Shown: positions 1-9,922, numbered from the stretch's first letter. The stretch is 64,000 nucleotides of DNA from Trueperaceae bacterium (GCA_965215565.1 CBDCDZ010000004.1:3808001-3872000); one strand, 5' to 3'. Made by a program: numbers and translations. Notes: generated by a model not told the origin, from the sequence alone.

Positions 1-333
1 AAGCTGTTCTAAAGACACGTCTTTCAAGAGGTAGCCCTTCGCGCCGAGTTTGAGCCCTTCTAAAACGAGCGCGTCGTCATCGAAGGTGGTGAGAATAAGG
101 ACGGGCGGCGCGTACTCGGCGCTGCGCAGACCTCTTAATACGCCTAACCCGTCCAGCACAGGCATTCGCAAATCTAAAAGAACGACATCGGGTTTTGTCT
201 GGGCGATGACCTCTAAACCCTCTTCACCGTCGGAAGCTTCGGCAATCACTTCGGTGTCGTCGGCGAGTTCTAAAAGGCTTTTAATCCCTTGCCGTACGAG
301 CGTTTGGTCGTCCACCAAACAAACGCGAATCAT
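1..333 (-). CDS. NarL/LuxR-family response regulator (N-terminal part; runs off window)
   Basis: Manual translation MIRVCLVDDQTLVRQGIKSLL...PDVVLLDLRMP...LILTTFDDD...GAKGYLLK is a receiver domain. ATG overlaps the kinase stop (ATGA). Confidence 0.92.
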   Translation of the reverse strand, partial: MIRVCLVDDQTLVRQGIKSLLELADDTEVIAEASDGEEGLEVIAQTKPDVVLLDLRMPVLDGLGVLRGLRSAEYAPPVLILTTFDDDALVLEGLKLGAKGYLLKDVSLEQL

Positions 334-1556
334 GCGGGTAACGTGGCGCGTAGGGCGAAACCCTCGCCGGGGGAAGAGGTCAGCGAGAGGTCGCCGCCGA
401 GTGAGACGAGCCGCTCTCTCATCCCGCTCAGCCCGTTGCCTGCCGTGACCTCTTTCGCGCCGCGTCCGTCGTCATGGGCGCTGATTTCGATGCCACTTGG
501 GGTGTGGTGAAGCTCGAGCCACAAGTTCTCCGCTTGCGCGTGTTTGAGGGTATTCGTGATGACCTCTTGCACGCAGCGCACGATGACCTGGGCGCGGTGG
601 GGGTCGTCTAGGTCTAAGTCTCGAGGTGCGTCCAGATGAATCTTCAAGCTAGGAATGTCGTGGGTGAGCATTTCCAGCGCCGCAGAGAGGTCGAGCGCGG
701 TGTCCTCTCGCAAGGTGCTGACCGTCTCGCGCACGTCGCTCAAGAGAAGTTTCGTCAAGGATTGTGCTTTCTGCACGTGCTCCAACGGCTTTCCCTCGGA
801 GACGTGCGAGGCAACCTCTAAGTTCAGACTCAGCGCGGTGAGGTGGTGCCCCATGAGGTCGTGGAGGTCGCGGGCGATTCTCACGCGCTCAGCCGTCCGG
901 CTGCTCTCCGCTAAGAGGGCTTGCGTGGCGCGGAGTTCGGCGTTGACCTGGGCGAGTTCTTCGCGCGCTTTCGCTTCGCTGAGCGCGGTGTAAGAGGTAA
1001 AAAGGGCGAATATCTGAAAGCTCAAGTAGATGCCTGCGTTGAAAATCAGCTCAACGGCAGTCCATTCAACGCTGAATGCGTGGATAAGCGTGGCGACGGC
1101 GCTCTGTAAAAGGACGAGGCTCACCGCCAAGCGGAGCGAGCCGAGCCAAGCGTACTGTGAGGCGAGGATGACTAAGAGTACGCTAGCGAGGTCGAAGGGG
1201 ATGAGCGCGAGCGCGACTAAGGTGGCGAACAGTTGCACGCCGATAAGCGCCCAGAGTTGACGTTTGGAGTGAACTTGGTCCCCCGCGCGGCTGACCTGCC
1301 AGAAAGCTGCGCCGAATGTGAAAAAGGCGAGCAGCCAGATGAGGTAACGCGCCTCTAAGAGGTGCGCGGGCTCCTGCGCGATGTCGGCAAAAATAGGCAA
1401 ACCTGCCACGAGCCAAGTCGCGAGACCTGCTAGGCAGAGAAACCAGTCGCTGGTAAGCGTGTCTTTCAACTTCACAAGTCTACTCGTTTCACCTCTCGGG
1501 TGCCCCTGCCGAAAGTCACGCCCTTTGCTGAGCTGTAGGGATGACCTCTTGCACAT
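330..1556 (-). CDS. Membrane sensor histidine kinase, HisKA_3 (DesK/NarX-like); true start probably near 1475
   Basis: Several TM helices, ERVRIARDLHDLMGH H-box, EVITNTLKHA N-box, DDGRG and GNGLSGMRER G-boxes. Confidence 0.92.
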   Translation of the reverse strand: MCKRSSLQLSKGRDFRQGHPRGETSRLVKLKDTLTSDWFLCLAGLATWLVAGLPIFADIAQEPAHLLEARYLIWLLAFFTFGAAFWQVSRAGDQVHSKRQLWALIGVQLFATLVALALIPFDLASVLLVILASQYAWLGSLRLAVSLVLLQSAVATLIHAFSVEWTAVELIFNAGIYLSFQIFALFTSYTALSEAKAREELAQVNAELRATQALLAESSRTAERVRIARDLHDLMGHHLTALSLNLEVASHVSEGKPLEHVQKAQSLTKLLLSDVRETVSTLREDTALDLSAALEMLTHDIPSLKIHLDAPRDLDLDDPHRAQVIVRCVQEVITNTLKHAQAENLWLELHHTPSGIEISAHDDGRGAKEVTAGNGLSGMRERLVSLGGDLSLTSSPGEGFALRATLPA

Positions 1557-1631
1557 GCGCGTAGGAGGGGAGAGGGGCTAGGCTCGAGTCACACCGAGAG
1601 AGCACCGAAGTTCTTTCGAGGAGGTGAGGCC

Positions 1632-2393
1632 ATGCTCGTTCAAATTATGCTCATGCAAGCTGAGTTCGTTCAAACCGCGCTCGTCATCACGCACATTTTA
1701 GCCGGAACCACCGCGCTCGTCGTCGCGCCCGTGGCGATGGCGGTGCGCAAAGGAGGCAAAGCGCACAAGAGGTGGGGCTGGGTCTTCTTCTGGGCGATGT
1801 TTGTGATCTTCGTGAGCGCGGTTGCGCTCCTCGCCTTTCGTCCGAACGTCTTCCTCTTTATCATCTCGATTCTGAGCTTCTACGCGGTCTTTTCGGGCAC
1901 GCGCTCACTGCGGCGCAAGCGTCCAGAAAGAGGTCAGCAAGCAACCTGGCTCGACTGGTTCGGTGCGGTGGTTGCGCTTCTCGCTGGTCTTTCTTTCGTC
2001 CTCTGGGGCGCGCTGCCGCTGATTGGGCTCGCCTCGAGCAACGTCCCCGTCAGCTTTTCCGTCCTGGGCATCGCCTTCGGCGCGTTTCTCGCGCAGATGG
2101 CGCGAACGGACCTGCGCAGCTTCGTCACCACGCCAAAAGACCGCAACTGGTGGTGGTTCTATCACATGGACCGGATGCTGAGCGGCTACCTCGCGGCGGT
2201 GACGGCGTTCATGGTGCAGAACGTGGGACCGCGCTTGCCGGAGAGCCTCGAGTGGACCGTCTGGGCGCTGCCGGGTGTGGTTGGCGGCATCTTCGTCGGG
2301 CAGTGGATAGGCTACTACAAGCGCAAGTTTGCGGCGCACGCTTCTAAAGTGGAGCGTGTTGCGGCTCCGTTGGCAGTTCCGAAGGAGCAGTGA
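1632..2393 (+). CDS. DUF2306-like membrane protein, probable target of the divergent two-component system
   Basis: HILAG...KGGKAHKRWG and HMDRMLSGYLAAVTAF motifs, about 6 TM segments, GAGG RBS. Confidence 0.75.
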   Translation: MLVQIMLMQAEFVQTALVITHILAGTTALVVAPVAMAVRKGGKAHKRWGWVFFWAMFVIFVSAVALLAFRPNVFLFIISILSFYAVFSGTRSLRRKRPERGQQATWLDWFGAVVALLAGLSFVLWGALPLIGLASSNVPVSFSVLGIAFGAFLAQMARTDLRSFVTTPKDRNWWWFYHMDRMLSGYLAAVTAFMVQNVGPRLPESLEWTVWALPGVVGGIFVGQWIGYYKRKFAAHASKVERVAAPLAVPKEQ

Positions 2394-2473
2394 CGATGAA
2401 TCGTAAGGTCTGACCTGGGGCTCGAGTTCTTCCCCTGTCGAGTACGAAAGTTGACAGAATAGAGAAAAATAGG

Positions 2474-2503
2474 GAAAAGAGGTGAGCTTCAAGCTCACCC
2501 CTT
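2474..2503. terminator. Hairpin between convergent genes
   Basis: GGTGAGCTT-C-AAGCTCACC preceded by an A-run. Confidence 0.55.
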
Positions 2504-2523
2504 GAACAGTTGACTTAGAAGGA

Positions 2524-2970
2524 TTAGGCGACGAACTCGAGCTTCAAAGAGGTCTCGTCTACCTCGCGCTCTTCGGTCGCGCAGATGAGCCGCGCGTCCT
2601 CGCTGTAGAGCCCACGCATCATCTGAATGATGCTCTCTAAAGAGGTCGCGGTGCGCGTCAGAAATTCGCCGTTGATGTAGACCTCTTTATTCATGGCGTT
2701 CTCCGCTTGTGAGGCGCGAAAGGAGGCATTGAGTTGGGCGCGAGCTTGCTCGGCGCGCGAGACCGTCTCGTCGAGTTCTCTATGGATGCGCATAAACGAG
2801 ATGACCTTTTCGCGCTGCTCGGGGGTCATGAACTTCGCGGAGCGCGAGCCGGTGAGGTGCTCTAAAAGTCCTTGGTATTGGTTAGGCGCAAGCTCCAACT
2901 CGTCGCGCAGGGCGTGAATCGTTTGGAGCTGTCCGACGTAATAGGGGTAGTCGGGAGAGGTCTTTTCCAT
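2524..2970 (-). CDS. Protein with N-terminal Mu GemA/gp16 (DUF1018)-like motif and coiled coil
   Basis: QLQTIHALRDELEL...YQGLLEHLTGSRSAKFMTPEQREKVI resembles the GemA pattern IH-x5-L...Y..LL...TG..S.K.LT. Leaderless TGcTAAACT promoter 6 nt before ATG. Confidence 0.55.
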   Translation of the reverse strand: MEKTSPDYPYYVGQLQTIHALRDELELAPNQYQGLLEHLTGSRSAKFMTPEQREKVISFMRIHRELDETVSRAEQARAQLNASFRASQAENAMNKEVYINGEFLTRTATSLESIIQMMRGLYSEDARLICATEEREVDETSLKLEFVA

Positions 2971-2990
2971 GTCCCTAGTTTAGCATAAAA

Positions 2991-3009
2991 TACCTTAAAT
3001 AATAAGGTA
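2991..3009. promoter_or_regulatory. Palindromic operator TACCTTA-N5-TAAGGTA
   Basis: TACCTTA AATAA TAAGGTA; identical arms at the recA promoter (33015-33033). Confidence 0.7.
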
Positions 3010-3019
3010 ATAGGCGACG

Positions 3020-3247
3020 TCAAAAAGGGTATGTTGGGGCGTCGGTCCTTGGACGGCGCACATGGTTTTGATGTTCAGCTTAGGGCGTCTGAACGTCTGG
3101 CCGACGGGCGACTTGGGCGTGGTCAAGGTGGCTGAGCAACGCTACGGGGCGAAAGGGCGGGTGGAACTGGACGCGCTCGGCGAACGCTTCGCTCCCTACC
3201 AGAGCGTCGCCGTCTGGTATTTTTGGCAGTTCACATTGGCACGCTAG
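3020..3247 (+). pseudogene. C-terminal fragment of an AlkA/HhH-GPD DNA glycosylase
   Basis: GVGPWTAHMVLMFSLGRLNVWPTGDLGV...ERFAPYQSVAVWYFW is the HhH-GPD signature; no room for the N-terminal domain. Confidence 0.7.
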
Positions 3248-3322
3248 AGGCGCGCGCTTGCGCTATGATGAGAGGAGAGTAAAGGCTTGGAAAGTGGAAG
3301 GGTTGAGGCGAAGGAGTAAACT

Positions 3323-4444
3323 GTGAGTATCGTGCGTAAAGGTGTTCCCGTCTTCTTCGTTATGCTGGCGGCTTTGAGTTTAGGTATCGTCGTGCTGTGG
3401 CAGCTTGGATTTTTAGGCGGGGACGCGCTGAGCTTTCAGTCGCCCGAAGAGGTGGCGACGGCGGAGCTTTTTGAGGCGATCGAGGCAGGGGATTTGCCAG
3501 ACGTCAGAGCAAGCCTAGAGGCAGGTGCGAACCTGAACGCAGTCGAAGAGGAGATGACGCCGCTGATGCTCGCCGCGAGAGCGGGCAACCTAGGTATCCT
3601 CACCGAACTGCTGCAACGCGGCGCGGAGGTCAATGTAACAATGAGCACCGGGCTGACGCCGCTCATGTTCGCCCTCAGAGACAGCGACATCCCCGCGACG
3701 GCGATCACGCTCCTCAACGCGGGCGCGGACCCCACGCTGACCGATAGCGAAGGGCGCACCGCGCTCGACTACGCCACCGAAAACGGCGTGATGCGGCGTT
3801 CGGGGCTCTATATCTTGCTCGAGGACCTCGTCAGCCGCCCCTTCAACCCGGCGTGGCCGAGCGCGTTCATCTCGCCCGTGCCGGGTGCAACCTTCAGCTC
3901 GCGCGCGCCGCACCTTCCGGGCGCGCGGCGGGCGTACCGCAACGGCTACCACGAAGGCTTCGACTTCTACAACGGCGTGGTGAGCGTGCCCATCACCTAC
4001 GGCACGCCCGTCGTGGCGACGGCGGACGGCGTGGTGGTGCGCGCAGATCACGACTACAGCGAACTCACGCCGCAAGAACTCCAAGCTCTGCTAGACGACG
4101 CGGCGGCGCGTCTCGCAACGCCGCAAGAGACGCTCGACAAGCTGCGCGGACGCCAGGTCTGGCTCTCGCACCCCGGCGGTTTCGTCTCGCGCTACGCGCA
4201 CCTCTCGGATATTCCCGCTGACTTAGAGGTTGGGCAAGTCGTGGTGCAAGGTCAAACCGTGGGCTTCGCGGGCAACTCGGGCACGTCTGAAGGTGTAGCC
4301 GGGACGCAGGACGACGCGCACCCTCACTACGAGCTGTGGCGCGGCGACGAGACGTATTTGGGTGAGGGCTTAGAGCCCGACGGGATTTACCCGCTCGTCG
4401 CGCAGGTCTTTGGAGAGCGGGCGCTGCCGCCCTTTCGGGAGTGA
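3323..4444 (+). CDS. Membrane-anchored ankyrin-repeat + M23 peptidase fusion
   Basis: N-terminal TM; TPLMLAA/TPLMFA/TALDYA ankyrin repeats; HEGFD, YAHL and HPHYE M23 zinc motifs. Confidence 0.85.
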   Translation: MSIVRKGVPVFFVMLAALSLGIVVLWQLGFLGGDALSFQSPEEVATAELFEAIEAGDLPDVRASLEAGANLNAVEEEMTPLMLAARAGNLGILTELLQRGAEVNVTMSTGLTPLMFALRDSDIPATAITLLNAGADPTLTDSEGRTALDYATENGVMRRSGLYILLEDLVSRPFNPAWPSAFISPVPGATFSSRAPHLPGARRAYRNGYHEGFDFYNGVVSVPITYGTPVVATADGVVVRADHDYSELTPQELQALLDDAAARLATPQETLDKLRGRQVWLSHPGGFVSRYAHLSDIPADLEVGQVVVQGQTVGFAGNSGTSEGVAGTQDDAHPHYELWRGDETYLGEGLEPDGIYPLVAQVFGERALPPFRE

Positions 4445-4501
4445 CGTCAGCGGATTACTCTAATTGCGCGGTTTAGGGATGAAGATTGAGAGGTGTGAAC
4501 G

Positions 4502-5197
4502 ATGTTCGCCAAGACCGCGCGCTATTATGACCTTATCTATAGCTTCAAGGACTACACCGCAGAAGTCGCTAAAATTTCAGCGCTCATCCAGAAAGAGCAT
4601 CCTATAGCTCAGACTATCTTAGATGTGGCGTGCGGTACGGCTGAACACGCGGCGCTACTCAGCGAGAGATTCCAAGTTGATGGGATTGACTTAGAGCCCC
4701 TCTTCGTTGAATTGGCTAGAGAAAAAGTCCCTTCAGGTGAGTTCTGGCTGGCGGATATGCGCGACTTCAACCTGCCGAGACGCTATGACGTGATTCAATG
4801 CCTATTTAGCTCTATTGGCTACCTGCCAGATGAGGCAAGCGTCGTGGCTGCGCTAGAGAGGTTCAAGGCACACCTCAACCCTGGCGGCGTTATCTTCGTC
4901 GAACCCTGGATAACGCCCGAGGCTTGGCAAAGCGGACATATAAGCATGGTCACGGCTGAAACACCCGATGTCAAACTCTGCCGAATGAGCGTAACGGAGC
5001 GGCAGGGTCGGCGTTCTCTTCTCAATTTTCATTACCTCATTGCGACGCGAGAAGGCGTGGAGCATCCGACAGAACTGCACGAACTCACCCTCTATACAAA
5101 AAAGGAGATGCTTTCGTGTTTTGCCGGGGCGGGTTTAAAGGTGGACTACGATGAAGCAGGACTTTTCGGACGAGGTTTGTACATAGCTCGCGAATGA
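4502..5197 (+). CDS. Class I SAM-dependent methyltransferase (TylM1/DesVI-like)
   Basis: ILDVACGTAEH motif I, ADMRDF, CLFSSIGY, HLNPGGVIFVEPW. Confidence 0.85.
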   Translation: MFAKTARYYDLIYSFKDYTAEVAKISALIQKEHPIAQTILDVACGTAEHAALLSERFQVDGIDLEPLFVELAREKVPSGEFWLADMRDFNLPRRYDVIQCLFSSIGYLPDEASVVAALERFKAHLNPGGVIFVEPWITPEAWQSGHISMVTAETPDVKLCRMSVTERQGRRSLLNFHYLIATREGVEHPTELHELTLYTKKEMLSCFAGAGLKVDYDEAGLFGRGLYIARE

Positions 5198-5214
5198 CTT
5201 TTCCTGCGTTACTC

Positions 5215-5399
5215 TAGCAGTTCCAAGACATACTGAGACAGATGAGCGCTTTCCGTAGGCTTCCGCCAAAGGCGGGAGACGGAAGTTTTGGCAACGCCAA
5301 AGGCATCATCATCGAATGTGCGTGCTAGTTAGGCACTTTTCGCAAAGCGAAACGTCGTTTCATCTAGTGAGCGTGTCTCAAACCAGATGATACCTGCTA
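5215..5399. mobile_element. MITE family A copy (TAGCAG...CTGCTA termini)
   Basis: Terminal inverted repeats; interior is the reverse complement of the copies at 9687-9870 and 26815-27020. Confidence 0.8.
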
Positions 5400-5520
5400 C
5401 TCCTATTCATCCCATCGAATCTGCTAATAAGGTGGCGCGAACCGCTTCCAAAATAATTGCTGCTCTGTGTAATCCTTTTTCATCTTTATAAAGTACACCA
5501 CACCGAGTCACCTCATCCCT

Positions 5521-8340
5521 ATGGCAGAATCGGGTGTGGCGAAGACACCGTGGTTGGAGCTGTTAGAACCTCTGCGCGAACACCTCTCCGGGAGTGACCA
5601 CCGGGGGCAGCGCGGCTCCTTGCGTTGGCTCGGCGCAGCGCTTTCGGAGCGCGGCGGGCGGGCGAATACGGTGCGCAACATTTTGTATAAAGATTTGGGC
5701 TCGGCGGTGGAGAAAGCGCGGCTCTTCGAACTCTTGAGCGAGTTGTATGAAGAGGTGGGTTTAGAGCCGCCCAGTCTACCCGAAGACCTCACGGCGGCGC
5801 GGGCGAAGCGGGCGCTCGGGCGCGACAAGCGCGTGATTTTTGCGCGGTTCACGCGCGAGTTGACCGAAGGGCTCCCGCAGTTCGTCGTTGTGGGCGGACC
5901 TGCGACGGGTAAGGGCGTGCTCTTGGAGCAGGTGCGCAAGGCGCACCCGGAGAGCCTATTCGTCAATCTGGCGCAAGACATTGTGCCCGCGCTCGCACTA
6001 CTTATGGCGGAGATTGGACAGGCTGAACCACTCGAGGCGCTCGTGGCGCAGCTTTCACCCGCGCAACCTTTCGCGGTGCAAGCGGCGCGGCAGCGTGAGG
6101 TGCTCGAGCTTGTGAGAAAGGGACTCAACGAACGCGGCAAACCCCTCTTGCTCCGCGCTGAGAAGGACGCGACGCTGAGCGCGCTGCCGCTACGTGATGG
6201 GGAGGGGCGCGAAGTAGCGCTCTCGGCGTGGTTGGAGCCACTCTTGACCTCTTTAGACATTCCTTACCTCATCGCTTGCTCCGCCGCGCCGCCGACGCTC
6301 CCCTATCAAACGCTGCGTCCGCCGAGCCGCGAGGAGGCGCGGCGTTACGTGCAGGAGCGGCTGCCCGGCATCGCGCCTGAAACGCTGGAGGAACTCCTCA
6401 ACCAGGCGGGGCGCAACTACGGGGAGCTGTCGCGGCTCAGTTTGCTCGAGCTGAGCCGCGCCGGGGGCGACGATGAGGCGCTGCTGCGTGACCCGCGCTT
6501 AGGTCCAACCCTGCGCGTCCTCGCTGCGCTCTCACCCGCCGCCGACCCTAGCATTCCCATACCTCTTTTAGAAGCCGCCCTGGGACGCCCCCTCAGCGCG
6601 CTCAAACAGGCTGAACATGCGCTCTTGGAAAACGCTGGCGAGGGCGTGGTGCGACCCGCGCTAAGAGGTCTCCTGCCCGAAGATGAAGCGCAGACCGACG
6701 TGCACGCGCTGGCGCTGCGCTACTACCTGGACGCGCCGGGCTGGTCGGTCTTCCGCACGCTCTACCACGCCGAACGCGCGGGCGACACTGCGGTGCTCAC
6801 CGAGATGTTGAGTGACGATCCCTCGCGCTTGGCGCTGCTGCCGAACCTCTGGGCGAAAGCAGCCGACTGGCCGCAAGCGGTGAGAGAGCAGCTCGCCCTC
6901 GTGGTCGTGCGTTACCGCGCTGTACTGGGTGACTACCTCCACCCCGAAGCGCAGGCGGCGCTCGGGCTGCTCGCGACTTCCGAGACGCTAGAAACGAGCG
7001 CCTGGGCGCGGGTCAAGATGGCGGAGGCGCAGATTGACGCGGGGCGTTTCGAAGCGGCGGTGCCGCTGATGGCGGACCTGCCGCCCTTAAACGACGAAGC
7101 GCAAGCCGAAGCCCACCTCGTTCACGCGGCGCTGTCGCGTTGGCGCGGCGCGTACGGTGCGGCGGAGGAAGCGGTGCGCTCGGCGCTCAGCCTAACGGTT
7201 CCGCCCCTCTTAAAAGACCGCGTGCAGCTCTGGCACGGGCTCGTCGCCAAGGACGCGGGGCGCTTTGAGGAGGCGCTAGGGAGTCTGGGTCAGGTTGCGC
7301 ACAATCCGCTCTTGGCGGGCCGCGCCCGCTACCAGGAGGGCGAGTTGCTGACGCGGCTCGGTCAGCCCGAGGCGGGCGCGCAGCGTATCGAGGTGGCGCT
7401 CACGCTCCTGCAGGGCGCGTCCCAAGAGGAGCGGACGAGGGTCAAGGCGCGGCTCGGCACGGCGCTGCGCAAGCTCGGGCGCGACGACGAGGCGGCTGAG
7501 CAGTTCGGGCAGGCTTTAGCGGGTGCGCCCGACGCTTTTAGCCGCGCCCGTATCGCCTCAGAGTGGTCGGTGCTGGAGGTTGCTAGGGGTCGCTCCTGGG
7601 AAGCGCTGCGCCTAGTCAGTGAGGCGGAGGCGACATTTAGAGCGTCCCCCCACCGCCCGGAGGAGGCGCGCTACCGTCACCAGCGCACGCGCCACCGGCT
7701 CGCGCTCGCCTACTGGACCATGCAGACAGGCGAACCCTACCGCCCACCTTTTCGCGGACGGCGCGGCGAAGAGAACCGCGTGACTAAGGTGCAGAAGTAC
7801 CTCTGTCCCCTCTTCAGCGAAGTCGCGCCGCAAGCCCGCCGCAGCGACCGCTACGCCGCGCTCACTTTAGATATCGCGACGACGCTCGCGCTTTCGCTTG
7901 CGCCCGAAGAGGCGCTGCCGCTCCTCGCGTCCGCCGAGGCGCTACCGACGTACTTGCAGCTCAAACTCCGCCTCATCACAGCAGAGGTGCATCTGCGCGC
8001 AGGCGACGCGCCCGCCGCCGCCACTTCGCTCGCCGCCGCGCGCGACTTACCCCCCGATCCTGGGTTGACCGCCTGGAAGGGGTGCTTGGACGCTGAACTC
8101 CTGCTCGCCCTGGACCAGAGCGCCGCCGCCTCCAGAGTTATAAGTGACCTGCTCACCCTCCCCGCCCCCTTTCGTGCTCAGCTCGGGCGCGTCTGGGGGC
8201 GCGTCCTCTGCGAGCGTGGTGCGGGCAGCCTCGCCGCGCAGTGGTTGACAGAGGCGGACCCTCTAGCGCTTCCTGACGCGCTCGCGCTACGCTTTTTCGG
8301 GCTCGAGCCGTTCAAGGCTGAAACGGCTGCACGTCCATGA
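5521..8340 (+). CDS. Large P-loop + TPR-repeat protein of unknown function
   Basis: 939-aa ORF; VVVGGPATGKG Walker A-like motif; many TPR-like helices (AGRFEAA, AGRFEEA, LGRDDEA). Confidence 0.7.
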   Translation: MAESGVAKTPWLELLEPLREHLSGSDHRGQRGSLRWLGAALSERGGRANTVRNILYKDLGSAVEKARLFELLSELYEEVGLEPPSLPEDLTAARAKRALGRDKRVIFARFTRELTEGLPQFVVVGGPATGKGVLLEQVRKAHPESLFVNLAQDIVPALALLMAEIGQAEPLEALVAQLSPAQPFAVQAARQREVLELVRKGLNERGKPLLLRAEKDATLSALPLRDGEGREVALSAWLEPLLTSLDIPYLIACSAAPPTLPYQTLRPPSREEARRYVQERLPGIAPETLEELLNQAGRNYGELSRLSLLELSRAGGDDEALLRDPRLGPTLRVLAALSPAADPSIPIPLLEAALGRPLSALKQAEHALLENAGEGVVRPALRGLLPEDEAQTDVHALALRYYLDAPGWSVFRTLYHAERAGDTAVLTEMLSDDPSRLALLPNLWAKAADWPQAVREQLALVVVRYRAVLGDYLHPEAQAALGLLATSETLETSAWARVKMAEAQIDAGRFEAAVPLMADLPPLNDEAQAEAHLVHAALSRWRGAYGAAEEAVRSALSLTVPPLLKDRVQLWHGLVAKDAGRFEEALGSLGQVAHNPLLAGRARYQEGELLTRLGQPEAGAQRIEVALTLLQGASQEERTRVKARLGTALRKLGRDDEAAEQFGQALAGAPDAFSRARIASEWSVLEVARGRSWEALRLVSEAEATFRASPHRPEEARYRHQRTRHRLALAYWTMQTGEPYRPPFRGRRGEENRVTKVQKYLCPLFSEVAPQARRSDRYAALTLDIATTLALSLAPEEALPLLASAEALPTYLQLKLRLITAEVHLRAGDAPAAATSLAAARDLPPDPGLTAWKGCLDAELLLALDQSAAASRVISDLLTLPAPFRAQLGRVWGRVLCERGAGSLAAQWLTEADPLALPDALALRFFGLEPFKAETAARP

Positions 8341-9394
8341 TGAGCGATCTGTCGATCTCGCTGGGTGACGTCGCGCCGCAGAGTGCCATCGAGAGGTCGA
8401 TTTCGCTGCGGAGCATGTCCAAGACGCGCGCCACGCCCGCCTGACCCTCCGCCGCGAGCCCCCATAAGATGGGACGCCCGATGGCCACAGCTTTCGCACC
8501 TAAGGTGAGCGCTTTGAGTACGTCCGTGCCGCGCCGCACGCCGCCGTCCATAATGATGTCCACACGCCCATCCACCTTGTCGACAATTTCAGCGAGCACA
8601 TCCACCGACGCAGGCGCGGTGTCGAGTTGCCTGCCGCCGTGGTTCGAGACAACGACGCCCGCCGCGCCGTGCTCGACGGCGAGTGCGGCGTCTTCCGCGT
8701 TCAAAATCCCTTTGACGAGCACCGGCAAGTCCGTGATGCCCACCAGCCACTCCAAATCCTTCCAAGAGAGCGTTTGGTCAAAAAGAGAGGACACATAAGC
8801 CGCCAGCCCTGAGCCTTCCGACTCTGGAAAATCTTCCGCCCCCACCACGTTTTTGATGCGCAGCCCGTCGGGAAGCTGGAAGTTGTTCTTGACGTCACGC
8901 TCGCGCACGCCCCAGACCTGTCCGTCTACGGTTAAGACGATGGCTCTGTAACCTGCCGCTTCCGCGCGGCGCACGAGGTTCTTGGTCTCGCCGCGGTCTT
9001 TGTAGACGTAGAGCTGAAACCACATCGGCCCCGTCGCCGCCTCCGCTACCTCTTCGATGGATGAGGTCGAGAGCGTGCTCAGCATCATCGCCGTACCCGC
9101 CTCGCCCGCCGCCCGCGCCACCGCAACTTCACCTTCGGGGTGCGCCATGCGGTGAAAGGCGGTAGGCGCAACCAGCACGGGCATTGAAACTTTCTGCCCC
9201 AGTACCGTCGTGCTGAGGTCACGTTCGCTGATGTCACGCAGCACGCGGTTTTTGAGCCGGTAACGGTCGAACGCGCGGACGTTGTCGCGCAACGTCACCT
9301 CGTCGTCGGAGCCGCCTACGTAGTAGTCGAAGGCCATCTGCGAGAGGTTTTCCTTAGCTGCCGCCTCGTACTCGTGGAGGTTAAGGGGTTTCAT
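8312..9394 (-). CDS. FMN-dependent alpha-hydroxy-acid oxidase (glycolate/lactate oxidase family)
   Basis: VSNHGGRQLD, DGGVRRGTDVLKAL, WFQLY. Confidence 0.93.
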   Translation of the reverse strand: MKPLNLHEYEAAAKENLSQMAFDYYVGGSDDEVTLRDNVRAFDRYRLKNRVLRDISERDLSTTVLGQKVSMPVLVAPTAFHRMAHPEGEVAVARAAGEAGTAMMLSTLSTSSIEEVAEAATGPMWFQLYVYKDRGETKNLVRRAEAAGYRAIVLTVDGQVWGVRERDVKNNFQLPDGLRIKNVVGAEDFPESEGSGLAAYVSSLFDQTLSWKDLEWLVGITDLPVLVKGILNAEDAALAVEHGAAGVVVSNHGGRQLDTAPASVDVLAEIVDKVDGRVDIIMDGGVRRGTDVLKALTLGAKAVAIGRPILWGLAAEGQAGVARVLDMLRSEIDLSMALCGATSPSEIDRSLIMDVQPFQP

Positions 9395-9577
9395 GGAAGC
9401 TCCTTTCGTCCGGGTAGGACGCCGCGATATCTGAAGTGAGGCTTTATTCTTTCATATAGCCGCGCTGTGTACGGGGTTGCTGCGCGCATTTGGAACACGG
9501 AAAGGGAAGAGGTCCGGGCAAGAGTAACCAACCTCTTGTTCATTATTCCAACCCAAGCCACGAGAGAACGCTGTTTC

Positions 9578-9667
9578 GTAGGAGCCAAACCTGCCTCTAC
9601 GACACGTCACATTTTCCCGTAGCTGAATGCAGCGCTGGCGTAGGGGCAATTCATAAATTGCCCCTAC
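9578..9667. repeat. GTAG-type REP-like palindromes (one degenerate, one perfect)
   Basis: GTAGGGGCAATT-CATA-AATTGCCCCTAC at 9640-9667; degenerate GTAGGAGCCAAACCTGCCTCTAC at 9578-9600. Confidence 0.7.
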
Positions 9668-9686
9668 ACGTTCCGGTATCTATCTA

Positions 9687-9870
9687 TAGCAGGTCTCAGC
9701 CTTTAGGCTAGCTGGACCTCATCTGGTTTGAAACACTCTTACTGTCCGAAGCGACGTTTGACACGCACATTTGGTGATGATGTCTTTGGCGTTGCCAAAA
9801 CTTCCGTCTCCGCCTTTGGCGGAAGCCTACGGAAAGCGCTCATCTGTCTCAGTATGTTTTGGAACTGTTA
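9687..9870. mobile_element. MITE family A copy
   Basis: TAGCAGG...AACTGTTA; near-identical core to 26870-27020. Confidence 0.8.
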
Positions 9871-9895
9871 CTAGAATTTTGTACGAATACCAAAG

Positions 9896-9922
9896 AAAAA
9901 CCCGCTCTTACGCAGAGCGGGT
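9896..9922 (-). terminator. Intrinsic terminator after the 9945-10736 gene
   Basis: ACCCGCTCT-tacgc-AGAGCGGGT with a U-tract on the minus strand. Confidence 0.7.

Noticed and set aside
5215..5399. CRISPR array or tRNA/rRNA among the repeats
   Set aside because: Repeats are dispersed, with no regular repeat-spacer units and no cas genes. No cloverleaf or rRNA signature was recognised anywhere in the window.
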